A stretch of DNA of 63,085 nucleotides, counting the filler, from Bigelowiella natans CCMP2755 (taxonomy: Eukaryota; Protista; Cercozoa): assembly GCA_000320545.1 (NCBI GenBank). It is 6 parts of 6 records of this genome, joined end to end, with 100 filler letters (N's around TTAATTAATTAA, not from the genome) between each part and the next. Parts side by side here need not be neighbours in the genome. Positions count along the whole stretch, not along the records: positions 1 to 28,801 come from ADNK01000161.1; 5 more parts are not named here. One strand, given 5' to 3'. Shown one piece after another: positions 12,783-25,852 of this stretch. Both the position numbers and the translations under genes were made by a program. Under the pieces are notes generated by a model that worked only from the letters and a program-made list of their open reading frames with translations, was not told the DNA's origin and made no database searches. Every line of letters starts with the position of its first letter. The stretch's first letter is position 1.

Positions 12783-13496
12783 TCGGCAAGCTTTTAATCT
12801 CATTAGGGCTACTTACTTGGGCTCTCATCCATGCTATGTGTGTTTGTTCTCGTTGATAAATATGTAGTGCCAGAACTAGAGACGGTGATGATACCATACA
12901 TGCGCCGCCGCCTCGATCCAAACTTTGCACAACAAAAATATGTCGTACTTTTTATTATATATCGTATCATGACTTGGCTAGATATAATGAGTCGACGTGC
13001 CACATGCTGGCGCATTATAGCTTCGCGGCGATGTGTACGAATCGAAGTGTAATAATATAAGTTGGACACCTAATAATAGTGCTGTATAGCCGCTGCTTTG
13101 CATATAGCTACACATTAGGATGACTGTTGAAAAGATTTAATCACTTCGTTACACCCGTCTTATAAGTTCTAGAGTTATAGAGTTGGACGTACCTACACGC
13201 TAACTGCAGCGCTAGAGCGTGGGGGTGTCCTTTTTCTTATATGTTCGATTCGAGACAGCCAATTCACGCATTGCATCAATGCAACAATATTGTCCTTGTA
13301 TTACATACGCGCTTGAGTATACATAAATGCCTGATATGTATGTAATTACATCTGTCTTATGTATGTAGCGCGAGTACGACGAGAACACTTAAACTATAGC
13401 AAGCTTTCTTATTTCTGATGAAACAAGTACATCATCTACGTAGCCTACATATAATTAAAACTTATTTATGCATATACATACAGATATATGTATATA

Positions 13497-13540
<44 letters not shown>

Positions 13541-13648
13541 ACTTTGCAATTCTAGAGCTGTGTTAATGATCGATAACCATGTTGTCTAAATGCGGTCATA
13601 ACGATCTGGCCTTTCTTAGACTACTCAATACATTCAGTTGTCAACTTC

Positions 13649-14585
13649 TTAAGCATCTGCCTTAGATTCTTCCTTTTCTTCTGGTCTTGCAACCTTTTTA
13701 CCGGTGTCCTTCTTCTTAGACCCTCCAGAGTGTGATTCAAGAAGCTTTCCGACGTCGAGCTTAGGAGCCTTCACAGTCTTTACTTTACGGATAAATACAT
13801 TTTGAAGAGGATAAATTTGTTGTGTGGCCTTTTCGATTTCCTCTCCAATGCTCTCGGGGATGAGCTTGTTGATGAGCTCCTTGGTATCACAGCCAGAGGC
13901 TTCACGCTCCATGATTTCAACCATTTTCTTTCTGATAGCTCGCACTTGACCCTTCTGAGCGTAGGATGTGTTACGGCGCTGGTTTTGGCGTCTGTGGGTG
14001 AAGCCAATGCAGAATAGACGGTATGTGATGCCATCGGTCGTCTTAACATCAGCCTGAGCCTCAATGAGTGTCGTCCACTTCTTCACGAGGGAGCGAAGCT
14101 TATCAGTGGTAAGACTCATACCCCAGAAGTAGGTTAGAAGGTTTTTTCCGTCAACTTCTCCAACCTTCAGCTTGAATTTTCTGAAAGCCTGATCCTCGGA
14201 GTTTGGCTTAAGATCTCCAAGGGAAGCCTCAAAAACACGGTGCATCACGTTATCCCTGACAAGTTTCTGCCCCTCAGTACGGGTTCCCACGGTGTAACCG
14301 ATATCCCTCACAGCAAATACATTAGGAGCCTTGACCTCAAACCATTCTTTCTTTGAGAAAGGGTCAACTCTGCAAGAGTGAAAATATTATCAGCTCAGCA
14401 TGGGTATGTCTCGAAGGCATGCATCTCATTCATGCACGCAGTTTTATTTGTGTTGTCAGGATAAATCGAAAATTGCCTTCCAAAAACCGTGCTCAGTGTT
14501 CCCCACCCATCCCGCACCCTACTTACGCCTTCTTTCCCTTCTTGCCCTTCTTTCTGGGGAGTCTCTTGTTCTTGCCGATAGCCAT
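13649..14585 (-). CDS. RPS3A: 40S ribosomal protein S3a (eS1)
   Basis: Exons 14585-14527 and 14369-13649 give MAIGKNKRL...[14 protein letters not shown]...[10 protein letters not shown]...[19 protein letters not shown]...[13 protein letters not shown]. Confidence 0.98.
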
Positions 14586-14901
14586 GGTGAAGGGGGGGCA
14601 GAAGTCGGAGTTGTATTCTGGGGATAGGTGCGTCGGTGAATTCGCCAAGTAGAACTTTTCGCCACGGCAATCCGTTTCAAAATGCGACATGAAAAGAGTA
14701 TGTCGTAGCTATTTAACATAAAACATAAAGAATACTTTTCGGGGAATCCCGGCAGAAAGATGGCAGGCGAAATTTTAAAAAGAGCCAAAAGGCCGAGGCG
14801 AATGTGTTAATGAGAGTTTTGGAGAGATTTGGAGATATTGAGAGATATCAAAATCCTAGAAAATCCGGGATTCGAATCAGAGTTAAGCAACCGACGAAGA
14901 A
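14586..14901. promoter_or_regulatory. Probable bidirectional promoter between RPS3A and the MYCBP-like gene
   Basis: Only 316 bp separate two divergent ATGs. A pyrimidine-rich leader lies immediately upstream of the RPS3A ATG on the minus strand. Confidence 0.5.
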
Positions 14902-15817
14902 ATGGCTGCCCTCTCGGAAACGGTCCCTGGCTCGGGCGATGCCCCCAAACCTATTCTCAATCCTCAAGACGACACACAATGGCTCCAGACTTTACTAGGG
15001 TACCATGATGAAACCGTGTTCAAATATATAATATACTCACTGGCGAAATCGATGTGAATAGAGATGTAGACCCAAGCAGGGCTTCTGATGCTGCCAAGCA
15101 GGCATTCAGGGAGGCGAAGTTTACCGAGTATGTTCTAACAGCTTATTTCTTCCAAACCGATTATAATTTAAAATTATATGAGATATCACTGTTTACATTC
15201 AATGTAGGATAAGGAAGAAGTTAGAATCGATCTTAGTCAAGACTGGTAAGCATCACTACAAACTGAAACAACAGACTTCTCTGGGAGATTCATGAGCTCT
15301 ATTGACCCGTCTCAGGTGTCAAAGCTACAATAACAAAGGCCCTTGCTGGGCTACAGAGACTGGCCCCAGAGAGGTTTTTGATGAATTTATTTGTCGTAAA
15401 ATTGTGTTTGACAGAAGGTGAATTTGCCCAATTATTAGGAGGCCAAAGAATCCCTTCATTTTCATGCAACGCGCTTTGGACGGACCTTTGGTATGTATCA
15501 ATTTAACTTGATTTTTTCTAAGATAAGTTCACTCACTGCTACTTATCATTACAGTCGACAGATGTAGACGCTTTACGTCGTAAATGTGCCGAACAGATAC
15601 GGCAACTTACAGAAAAAAATAGGTATCAAACCAATTATATTTCTGGCTGCCACTGATTAGATAGCATTCATCAGGCAAATACATTTACTCAAGAAGGAGA
15701 TACGAAGAGTTGAACAGGTTCGTGAGAATGTAAGCTGGTTTGGGATACTACTGACATGGAAATCTTAATCAGGAAATAAAAGATGCCGAAGACGATTCAG
15801 ATGACCCGGGACTCTAA
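14902..15817 (+). CDS. MYCBP/AMY-1 (FAP174)-like small docking/coiled-coil protein (~155 aa); missed by the ORF track
   Basis: Eight short phase-compatible exons give MAALSETVPG...KKLESILVKTGVKATITKALAGLQRLAPERRPKNPFIFMQRALDGPLSTDVDALRRKCAEQIRQLTEKNRQIHLLKKEIRRVEQ...DDPGL*. This resembles MYCBP (LEKSGVLDTLTKVLVAL..EKP..ALDFL..L + coiled coil). Confidence 0.7.
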
Positions 15818-16382
15818 AGTGTGTTTTCGTCGCTATTCGATGCTGAGAGTTTAAGTGCTTCGCATCGATTTGCCATCTTAATGCTAGATGTAGAGTTATG
15901 TAGGTAGAATGCAAAAATTAAAATGTTAAATTTTCGTATTGGCCTATCAATAGATATATTACACTCCGGAAAGACAACGTATTCTGTCATACCTTGTTAT
16001 GTCGTGTATTTCATAGTTTGCACCATATCCAGTGCATTTAAAAAATCTGATATTTGACACAGTACAGTCAACCGCACTGTCTACTTCAGCGATACCAAGA
16101 GATGTACATTAGCATGATCGCATCGCATGGGACGCTGCGCCTGCGATGATCTTGATAGATACACGCTTACTCGAGCTACACAGCCATGATGATGGACATT
16201 GCATGTAGCAGCACATGCACATTCCACATGCAATGCAAACTGGCTCTGTTGTGCTCGTTGCAGTGGAACAGCGTTGATGTGATTTCCGACTGGACAAACA
16301 ACTGTGCACTTGCCGCCACGCTTGCTTGTGCTTTGCCATCATTGTCATGCTACTAGACCATGGTGTGCCCACAAGCTCTAGA

Positions 16383-16786
16383 CACAAGTCCGTCAAACCT
16401 GCAACGAATCGCCAGAATGTGCATTTGGAAGCTTTTGCGCGCGACCAAGCGCGTCATGTGATGCAATGGACATTGGATTTGTTCGCATTTCTTTGAAATT
16501 TTTCGTGCATGTCACATTTGGTCAAACGCACACGCAAAAGCATTCAAAATGTGGCAGAGAACAAACGCGCAGCGTGCATCCGCTGCACAACGGGTGTGAA
16601 TTTTCACACTTTGAGGCCTTGAAAATGGACATTTCACAACATTTCGGTCATTTTTTGAGGTTTGGCCATCGGACAAGTTCTGATGACTTTTCTTTGACCA
16701 ACTGCAACTGCCTGCTGCTTCAAAGCGCGTCGCAAATGCGCTGCACTGTTCACAACCCCGTCGTTGCCGGGTTTGACGGACTTGTG
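16383..16786. mobile_element. MITE-like non-autonomous DNA element with ~25-bp terminal inverted repeats, TpA-free
   Basis: Left end CACAAGTCCGTCAAACCTGCAACGA (16383-16407). Right end TCGTTGCCGGGTTTGACGGACTTGTG (16761-16786) is its near-perfect reverse complement. About 400 bp, with no credible ORF. Confidence 0.7.
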
Positions 16787-17730
16787 AGAATTGTGTCAAA
16801 GCCAGATGTAGTGGTGACACTGCTATGCCATGAAGTTTAACAAAATCCATGTCCGTTGTGCGACAGAGTGCACACATGGCTCAGTCTGCGGGGTGCTAGT
16901 CACATCGGCGGCATGCATGCTGCGCGCACACAAACAATCTGCATCTGTTTTCAAGCCATTGCTGACAAATAATCATGACCACATAGGCATTGAAGATAGC
17001 TGCTTGCTTGCATGTTGATGATGAAACGTACCGACACTGGCGGAAGTCGTGCCTTGTTGTGAATCCTCGAAATTGCACAAAGTCGTGCACCCTAGTCCAT
17101 TTCAGAATGTTTGTGTCTTGGTGTTTCTTCATGACGTTACATTCTTTCTTCTGCAAGGTAGTACGATACAAAGGATTCGCTTCCTATTGTTCGAAGTAAA
17201 ACACATCACCGAAGCCAATAGCTTTGGACGTCTTGGAGCATGGTGATCCCGGCACCAGGCATCATCAATTTTCAATGATAGTTGCTCTTAGGTACTTTTA
17301 TATGGACCTCCGATATCAGAACATTATGAACACGATGACTTGCCAACATTCGTGAGATAAGTTCCTTTCCCTATTCTTACAAATATTTTGGCAATTTCGG
17401 CAGTACTCCAACAAGGTTTCTTGTTTCACGTTAGCATGCAAGTTGTGAGTCGTACGCACTTGTGGATTACCTTTAAAAATTCTTTGTTTGAGTGATGCCA
17501 TTATTCTGTCCTTTCGTAAAATTGACATATTTCCTCAATGATTCTTGGTAAACAGTTTCTTCATGTTTTCGAACCAGTAGACATCGTTGGCATAGTCCTG
17601 CGAAATTTTGGCCCGATTTTCCTCGCGCGCAAAATTTACTAAGTGCAAATCTACCGGTACACTTCATCGGCTACCTTTCTTGGGCGAGTGCAGAGTGAGA
17701 GTAAAAGCCTTCTCTTTCTCTAGTTTCTGC

Positions 17731-19817
17731 ATGCTCCTCTTCGGGCCCCCCCCAATGTTCCCTGCTGGGAATAGCGTTGCTTGCCTCAAAACCCGACCGA
17801 GGAAAACAACGAAAGGACTACTATTCAGCAGATACGACAACGATAAACTTCCTAGTTTTCTCTTCAAACCTGATGGAGGAAGAAGTGTGAGCTCGTGCTC
17901 TCGATCCACGCGATCATCGGCTGTGTCAGTCGTACTTTCCCGCACAGAATCTCTTCTACGAAACCGGACTGCGACAACAACTTCGGCAACACAGCCCGCC
18001 ATTCGCCACAGCCCCGCCTCATATTCTATGAGCCCTGTTTCCCTTCTATCAAACAAATAGCGATTTGGCCTTGTCGCAGGTAATATTTATCATGTAAATT
18101 CTAGAAATATCGACCTAAAAATTGACAAGGGGCCCGTGCTTCCAGGCAAGCACCTTGGAGAACTACTGGGCCGTGGCGGAGAGGCGGGGGCAAGGGAAGC
18201 CCAGTGGAGCGAGGATGGCTATGGTATCCAGAGGCATCAAAAGGCCACGACCAGGTTAGGGAGAGAGTCTTCCAACGTGCACGTAACCAATACTCATAAC
18301 TTTTCATTCAGTTAAAAAATTTAACCCTCCATTTTATTCAGTTGAAAAATTTAACCCCCTTGAGAGAGGGGGGATCCAAAGTATGCGCAAGATGATAGAT
18401 GAAAAGTACCGCTCCTGGGAATACGGGTAAGCTTTCTTCCCTCGAGTTTACACACACACACGCGCGCGCGCGCGCGCACCCACCCACACACACGCACCCA
18501 AGATTCACGCGCTTGAGTGCGATGCTTCCAGCATGATAAAGGGACATCCCTGTAGTCGGTCGCCATTTCTTGCAGACACATAGTTTTGAATTTTCGTTTC
18601 CATAGAGTTGGGAAACAACAATATGAAACACGTGTAACCAACTTAATACCAGTTGCACGTTCACTGTGTGTGATATGAGTATTTGTTTAGATATCAAAGT
18701 AATTTTACTCATATGTGTTGGACGATTCATACAGCACCATAGCGGAGCCCTCTACAGTCAGTTCTGTGTTCCGGGTCTACAACTCTCGCCTCACCAAACG
18801 TCGTCTTGGTAGCTCTCTCTTCCCATCGTTGTAGCTAAAGATAGAGCAGTCCAGTGATGAGAGCTGTCAGCCTTAAATGATCATTCTAAGACAAGCGTTA
18901 CTTACAAAGCAATAAGATCCTTCTTCTTCTTCTTCTTCTTCTTCTTCTTCTTCTTCTTCTTCTTCTTCTTCTTCTTCTTCTTCTCCTTCTTCACTGAAAA
19001 TATTAGATGATTTCGGCATAGATGACGACGTCAGCGACGACGATGAGGAGGAAGTCATTGGTAGCAGAGACTTCGATTTAGAAGACAATCGAAGGGGTGG
19101 GGGGGACCCTGACTTGCTGCTGCTCGGTAACGGTGATGGTGGTGGTGATGCCAAGGAAGGGGAGTACGACTATGATCGTATTCTTCCAAACGGCGGCTCT
19201 ACAGACAACACCTACGGTAGTTAGCCACGCGCAGTTATTATATGCAGATACTACTTCTTCCCAAGATAATGGGCCAGGATCATCACAACTAGTATACCGT
19301 AGTATGATTAGTCATTTTCCAACCATACTTGCGACTGGGTATATTACTTCGCGAGCGCGCGCGCCGTGTGCATGTTGATACCAGTTTCAGTGTGAGCCTG
19401 AACGCTGAGGTGCGTTGATTGCTACATGATGCTGCCTGTTCAAGGGGGAAATGATGAAGGCAAGGACTCCACCTCGAACTACGTCAAGAACCTGGCTCTG
19501 GGCCTGGAGATATTGAGTCTCGAGGTGTGCTACTACTACTACTACTACTACTACTACTGTGTGCCATACATCCACCGGTGCTGTGATAACACGATGATTA
19601 TTATTAAAAACAATCAGATACCCGAAGATGACGTGTACTCCCGCTTGGCCATAAGTGCCGCCGTCGACGCTGAAGAAGTTAGGGTAGCGCAGGATATCAT
19701 TCTCAAAGATCTTGTGATGGAGGTGCGTGCTGCCACCCGCACTCCGTAGATGAAATAGATGACTGAATGAATGTTTAACGACCTTGTCTCCGGATCTCGC
19801 CGCTCATTATCTTTAAA

Positions 19818-19851
<34 letters not shown>

Positions 19852-20350
19852 TGATGGGGGGGGGCTCATTGGCAACCATGCCAGGTTGTGATGTCAGCGA
19901 AATCCAAGGGAAGGCTTAGCAAGAAGGAAAACGAAGAAGCACGAAGGTACTGATGCATGCATCATTCACTTATTTTAGTCCATATGGGAGGCCGCCCTCG
20001 TTCCTGATCTTACAATACCTCTATCGCTACTACTACTGCTCGCTGCCGTAAACTGTGGTGCTACTGACGCGAGTACTACTATTACTATTACTACTTAGAT
20101 TGCTGTATGATACGGAGCCCAAGGACGTGGTGATAAAGTAAGCAGATTCTCTTTGTCGTCGATGAACTGAAATAAAAGTTCGGTTCCCTCTGTTGTTATT
20201 GTTATTGTTGTTCTTGTTGTTGTTGTTGTTGTTGATGATGATGATGATGATAATGATGATGCCTGACTTAATGCAAACAGGAAATTTCAAGTGGAGCTGC
20301 TAGGGGAGGACATGCACACTCTCAGAGACGGACAATGGCTCAACGACGAG

Positions 20351-20381
<31 letters not shown>

Positions 20382-21425
20382 TGTATTGTGTTGTGTTGTA
20401 GAGTGTTGTAGTAGTGTGTTGTAGCAGTAGCCAGCCGTCGTGAACGCATAATACGCACACTGGGATAACAGTGCGGGTATTTTCAATCGATCACTCGTTG
20501 TGGGATCAGTGGTGATGGTTAAGAGTGGGGTGGAGTCGCGTCGTTGGTCATTGTTTTCTCCCCCCCCCCCCCCCCCCCCCCCCCCCTCTCTCGCTCTCTC
20601 TCTTCTGCCGCTATTCGCAGGTTATCAATTTTCAGATCAAGATGATGATGGAGCGTATGAAGAGAAATTTCGACAACAAATCGGGTAGTAGTAGTAGTAG
20701 TAGTAGTAGTAGCAGTAGCAGCAGTAGTAGTAGTAGGTGTAATAGTAATTATCACTTGTATCATTCAAGAAGCCTCAACCAGAAATCTGACAATGATTAA
20801 TTTTCCACTACTGGTGGAATTACTTAGTAGTTGTTTTGGATTTAGCTAATAGCTTATGTGAGGTTGTTTGTTATATTCGCGCTGGTGGGCCTAATCGTCG
20901 CCATCAACATGCTCTGCTGCCTATCAGTGCCTGCAAGAAACCGCGTCCGGTGCCTTTTCTTCAACACGTTCTTCTACGCAAAGCTTAGCGATGTACGAAA
21001 TTAAGCAATGTTCTCGTTTTCTTCTCTCTCCCCCCCCCCCTACCAAATGGGTTTGGCCTAGCTGTATATTGCAGAAATAAATGATATCATCAACGTCATT
21101 TTTAAGTGGTGTACACAATCATCGTTATCCTCAACCTATCACCGTGATGTCATCGTCATCTTCATCATCATCTTAACTAACGACATGTTGTTATCATTAT
21201 TATCATTCTATTTATCATTATTATTGCTGTTGTTGTTTTAAGAACGGAAGGGGATATAATTACAAGTCCGTGAGGCGCTGGTCGAAGAAGCAAAGGCTGC
21301 TCGTGCACGAATCCTCCGTTGATAAGGTTGCCATGCGAATCACAAAGGGCGGTGAATCTAGCGTGTTCCTTCCTCTATTTTAAATAATCGGTGCCTACTC
21401 CTGCTGCGTGCACGCACACAACACG

Positions 21426-21456
<31 letters not shown>

Positions 21457-22164
21457 TCACTCACTCACACGTTCGTCTGTCGTTCTGTCTGTTTTTCCAG
21501 GTGATCTCCCCCGTGAATGTCAGTGACACCCACTGGTGTTTGGCAGTCATCAATTTCCAGAAGAAGAGATTTGAGTACTACGATTCTTTAGGTCTGATGC
21601 TGCCGCTGATTTCACCAATCTTTGTTCGGTTTTGGGTCTCACACGCACCCACCCACCTATCCACACACACACACACACACACTCACACTGACGGACAATA
21701 CATGTATACACCCGCAAGCTCACTGACGTTGTGGTGGCTGGCTGTTGTGTAAGGGGCGGACAACTACAAGTGTCTTGAGAATCTGAAACGATACGTGGGC
21801 GATGAAGTCAAGAATTACAGGTGTGGTTTCAGACAACGAATTTTATGTGAAGGAGGAGGAGGAGGAGGAGAAGGGGGGGGGGGGGGGACGGCAGGATAAG
21901 CGAAAGCTACATATTATATTACGGGCTGTATGCTGTTTTGCTGAATACAATTTCGTCGGGATTGTTCCATTAGAGGGGAGGACTATGATTTATCCGAGTG
22001 GAAATACTACATACCGAAGAATATTCCAGAACAAAAGAACGGTTGCGATTGTGGTGTTTTCACCGCGAAATACGCCGATTACGTTTCGGAGAACAGGGAC
22101 TTCAACTTTTCGCAGGTGCCGATATTCTCCCCCCATGTTTTGATTACGCATATACACAGACAGT

Positions 22165-22213
<49 letters not shown>

Positions 22214-22334
22214 GCAGATACCAACACATACACAGCGTGTACATATGCATTTAGAGTGTTATTTCACTTAGGCCGATATGCCATATTTCCGCCGACGAAT
22301 GGCATTGGAGATCGCCCGAGGAAGCATGTTGTGA
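17731..22334 (+). CDS. Ulp1/SENP-family SUMO protease (peptidase C48); 5' exons uncertain
   Basis: Spliced motifs TLRDGQWLNDEVINF, FFNTFFYAKL, YKSVRRW, PVNVSDTHWCLAVI..FEYYDSLG, PEQKNGCDCGVFT.KYADY, FSQADMPYFRRRMALEI. Catalytic His, Asp and Cys are present. TGA at 22332-22334. Confidence 0.93.
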
Positions 22335-22944
22335 GCGCTGGTGTAGTATTAATCATTCGAGCGAAAGCAACTATGTCGGAAGGCAATGCATTCTCAAATT
22401 ATCATCATTTTGAAAAAAAGGACTAAACCAATTAACAACATGTGCGGGCATCTGTGCACAGAGTATCACCTAATAATAATGTGCGCACAGCATGCGTAGC
22501 GTGCGACTTGGCATAGTGTGTTGTGATAGTATACTCCTGTGCATATGCCAATAAGAATTAGATGCATGAAGTATAAGAAAAGAACATAAAGGCTCACTGA
22601 GGTGCTGTTACGGGGATTGCAGGCAGATGCGCCGTTACGCGGCGAGCTCGCGCTACGGGCTGCAGCTAGCTAGCCCAGCGCACTTGCTTTCGCTACCTTC
22701 CGCCATGGATCATATGTCGCTATGCGTGCATCTGCATGTACAGCTAAACATTTGTATGTAAATGTGACATGGCTAAATGCAGCTATTGTAACATAAGTGC
22801 ACACAATTTGTACGTACATCTAATGATTCTATTTTACGCTGCATGATGATGAACAGCTTATTTTTGCGTATAGCAGCGAGTATGTTGCGCTGCTGGCGTG
22901 CACGCAAAGAACAGCTATGTCCCAGCTCATAAGATGCTGCGAGG

Positions 22945-25353
22945 CTATTTCTCTGCCATCAATTTCTCGGCGAACTTCTCCGCGATTTCAAATTCCGCTT
23001 CTTCCGGCGCACCCGAGCTACGCCATCTTACCTTCCCCCTATATGCATTTCAGATATTTGATTGAAAAAACATGCGCGTTTTTCTATCGTCATTATCATC
23101 ATTACTATATTACACCATCAAGCAGGCAGAAACATCGTCATCGTCATCGTCATCGATACCATGGCCATCATCACTATGAATAGGTGTCGTCACAACATAC
23201 TTGCGTCGAGAAATACAAAAGCAATCGGTGCATTGTCTCCTGAAGACTCCAATGAAATCAACTACACGTACCGTTTATCGATCAAGAAGGCATAGAGAGT
23301 AATCTTGTTGACCATATTGAGCTTCTCTCTCTACAAACACCAGAGAAACGTAGAAGGGAGTGGCAAAGAGAAGGTTGTTAAAGTCTAAGGCCTGGAATGG
23401 AAAGGGCGAATGTTGGGGCAGTGCGAAAAGTTGCTGGATGTAACGCAGAAAACAACCATCATTCTTATCACTCGCAAGGCCTAAACGTGCGAAATCATCA
23501 GCTTTTTGTGACCCAAATAGTGCTACGCAGTAGTGACGGAAAACCTCCTACCTGGCTATCGATTGTCGTATACACATTACAGAATCTCCCATGCTGCGAC
23601 GCCGCCACTGATCTCTTGAGATTGAACCTTCACAAGTGTGCCATCGCAGTGAATCGGTGCTTGCGTTCAGCGACGGGTAAGGAGGGGGGCAGAGAATGGA
23701 AGATTTGAAAAGAAATTTATACGGGGGAGGATATCGATTCTCGATGCTAGGATACTGTGTAGTGCTTAAGTCTGGTTATACTGCACTTTGTGATGGGCTT
23801 CAGAATCCCAGCGAGCCAGCCTTCGTTCAGAGATATCTAAGAGGCAGCAGCAACAGCAGCGAAGGGAAGAAATGATCCTAGATGTTATACAAGATTCGCT
23901 TGCATCTGTCTACGCCAGCATCGGTGATTTTGGGGGTTACGACGATGATTACTGCTGATGCAAACAACAGATGACTAAAAGGCAGGCGGCATTCATAACC
24001 GCATACGCACTACAAGCTACGCATGCCTGATGCGGCGACCGAATGCTTTCACACCAGTGCTCAAAACGACAAATAACCTGATAGAAATTTAATTTCGCCG
24101 CGACTGGAGACGACGCCCACTGGGAGCCAAAGGTCTGAATGCGCAGCAGCAAGCGTACGATTCTAAGAGATATTATCTTCCTTTCATGGTGATGCTTGCT
24201 ACGAAGGACCCTCTTTTCTCACCATGGCCATTGCACTGCCGTAAAAACAAACCAACGTCGGTTTCCCACCCCCGGTAGTCGCTGAGTCACGCAAGTCGAA
24301 CGTCTGTCCGTCTAGGCTCTCTACCATTAATGAAGGGAAAGAGACCTGGAGAAGAAAGTAAACAATGAATGAACGAGGAGCCGACGATAGATTATTCAGC
24401 ACAAGTGCGATGGGGTACGGCTCATGTGGCAGAAGACTGCGTCCTACTGCTCTACTCAAAACAACACGAGACGTAACATTACATGATTTCTCGTATGGGT
24501 AGTAAAGTAGTAGTAGCGGTAGTGGTAGTAGACGGAGAGATAAGGGAGAGGCGTACTCATTAACAAAAAATGTTTATTTTGCCCTCAAATTGGGAAGAAG
24601 ATCGTAAATATGTGCGAACGGGAAAACGGTTGAAGTATGGTAGATTTTATCTGAAAAGGGAACGTTTCATCACATACTCCGGACACCGACGATGCCATTT
24701 CGGTTTGCACGGGAAACATCTTGCCGCTTCTCTTCGCAATGTCAAAATGATCTGCAAGAGTGGTTTATTTGAACATCGAAAGTATCCATGACTAAATTTC
24801 GTCTCAGCCAGATTAGGGAAGACGCACCTTGTAACTTCGATCGACCCATCTCTTCTTGTAACTTTGCTCGGTCTTTCTGCTTACGCCTCTCTGCATCTAC
24901 CCAGTACTGATTCCAATTCGAAGACGATGAAGACGACGACGATGATGACGACGACGATGACTTCGAATCCTGCGCGTTAGAAGCATCTTGGCCCGCGACG
25001 TCATCCTCCTCCTTTTCCTTCCTGCTTGCCCCACTTTCGATGCCGCCTCTGCCGCCGGTAGCTGCACTGAACCACCGTGAGGTCGAGGATACACAACAAG
25101 TCGCGCCGTGGTGAGGCGATCGATTGGAAACGCCATGCCTGAGGAATTAAAGGAACATAGAAGAGCCTCATATAAACTATGGAATGGCGTCATTCACGCA
25201 TGTTTAGCTCACATAGGCAAGCACAGTGATAGAAGGAATAGATACAGTATAAGCAGTCGACCTCGATTGATCCCAGCAACGGATCCGGTGCTGCAAGCGT
25301 TGCTGCCAGCTCACAAGGGGCCTGCTACGACCTAGGCGCATGAGCGACCTCAT
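22945..25353 (-). CDS. ATP10: Mitochondrial ATPase complex assembly factor ATP10
   Basis: Nine exons. Arg-rich presequence MRSLMRLGRSRPLVSW, then GKMFPV...VSFPSLMVESLDG...KPTLV...ISLNEGWLAGILKP...LNMVNKITLYAFLIDKRGKVRWRSSGAPEEAE, matching the ATP10 C-terminal N..GY.FLVD..G.IRW..SG motif. Confidence 0.85.
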
Positions 25354-25852
25354 CTTTCGTGTTGCCTGGATTGTGTTGCGTTAGACAGTTTTTTACCGAT
25401 AGAATATCTGTGAAAGAACATTCTTCGTCGCCACTGTCCATCGATAATAAATACTGGTAATTTTTATTAAGCGACAATTAAATAAATGTAATCTATCCTT
25501 TCCCTTCTATTTTTATCTACGACAAAGAGAACAAAGGAGTCTCAGTTGAAAAACGGCATTCATTTGCTTATGTTTCTCCGCTGACTTGTGGTTCTCGCCC
25601 TCTCCTCCTCGCACAAAGTTGACTTACCCTCTGCTCATTGCGGGTCCTCAAGCTCTTCTTGTAGGAAACGATCAACGTAGCTTCTTTCGCCTTACCATAG
25701 ATTAAAAAAAATAGGAAGTTTTTCTCTTGATATATACATCCACTACCCGTGCAAAGGAAGGGGAAGTGGCACACCTTTTGCATAACTCCACCTTCTCTTC
25801 TCTTCTAGGTGTCTTTCGTTTTGGAGGAAACCAGAACAAGAGATCTGTGGTC

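Noticed and set aside
16381-16808. Methyl-CpG deamination or classical RIP as the cause of TG/CA richness
   Set aside because: CpG is still plentiful and TpA is absent rather than enriched, which is the opposite of both expectations.
17100-17530. Minus-strand 70-aa ORF MSILRKDRIM...
   Set aside because: No motif, no convincing splice partners.
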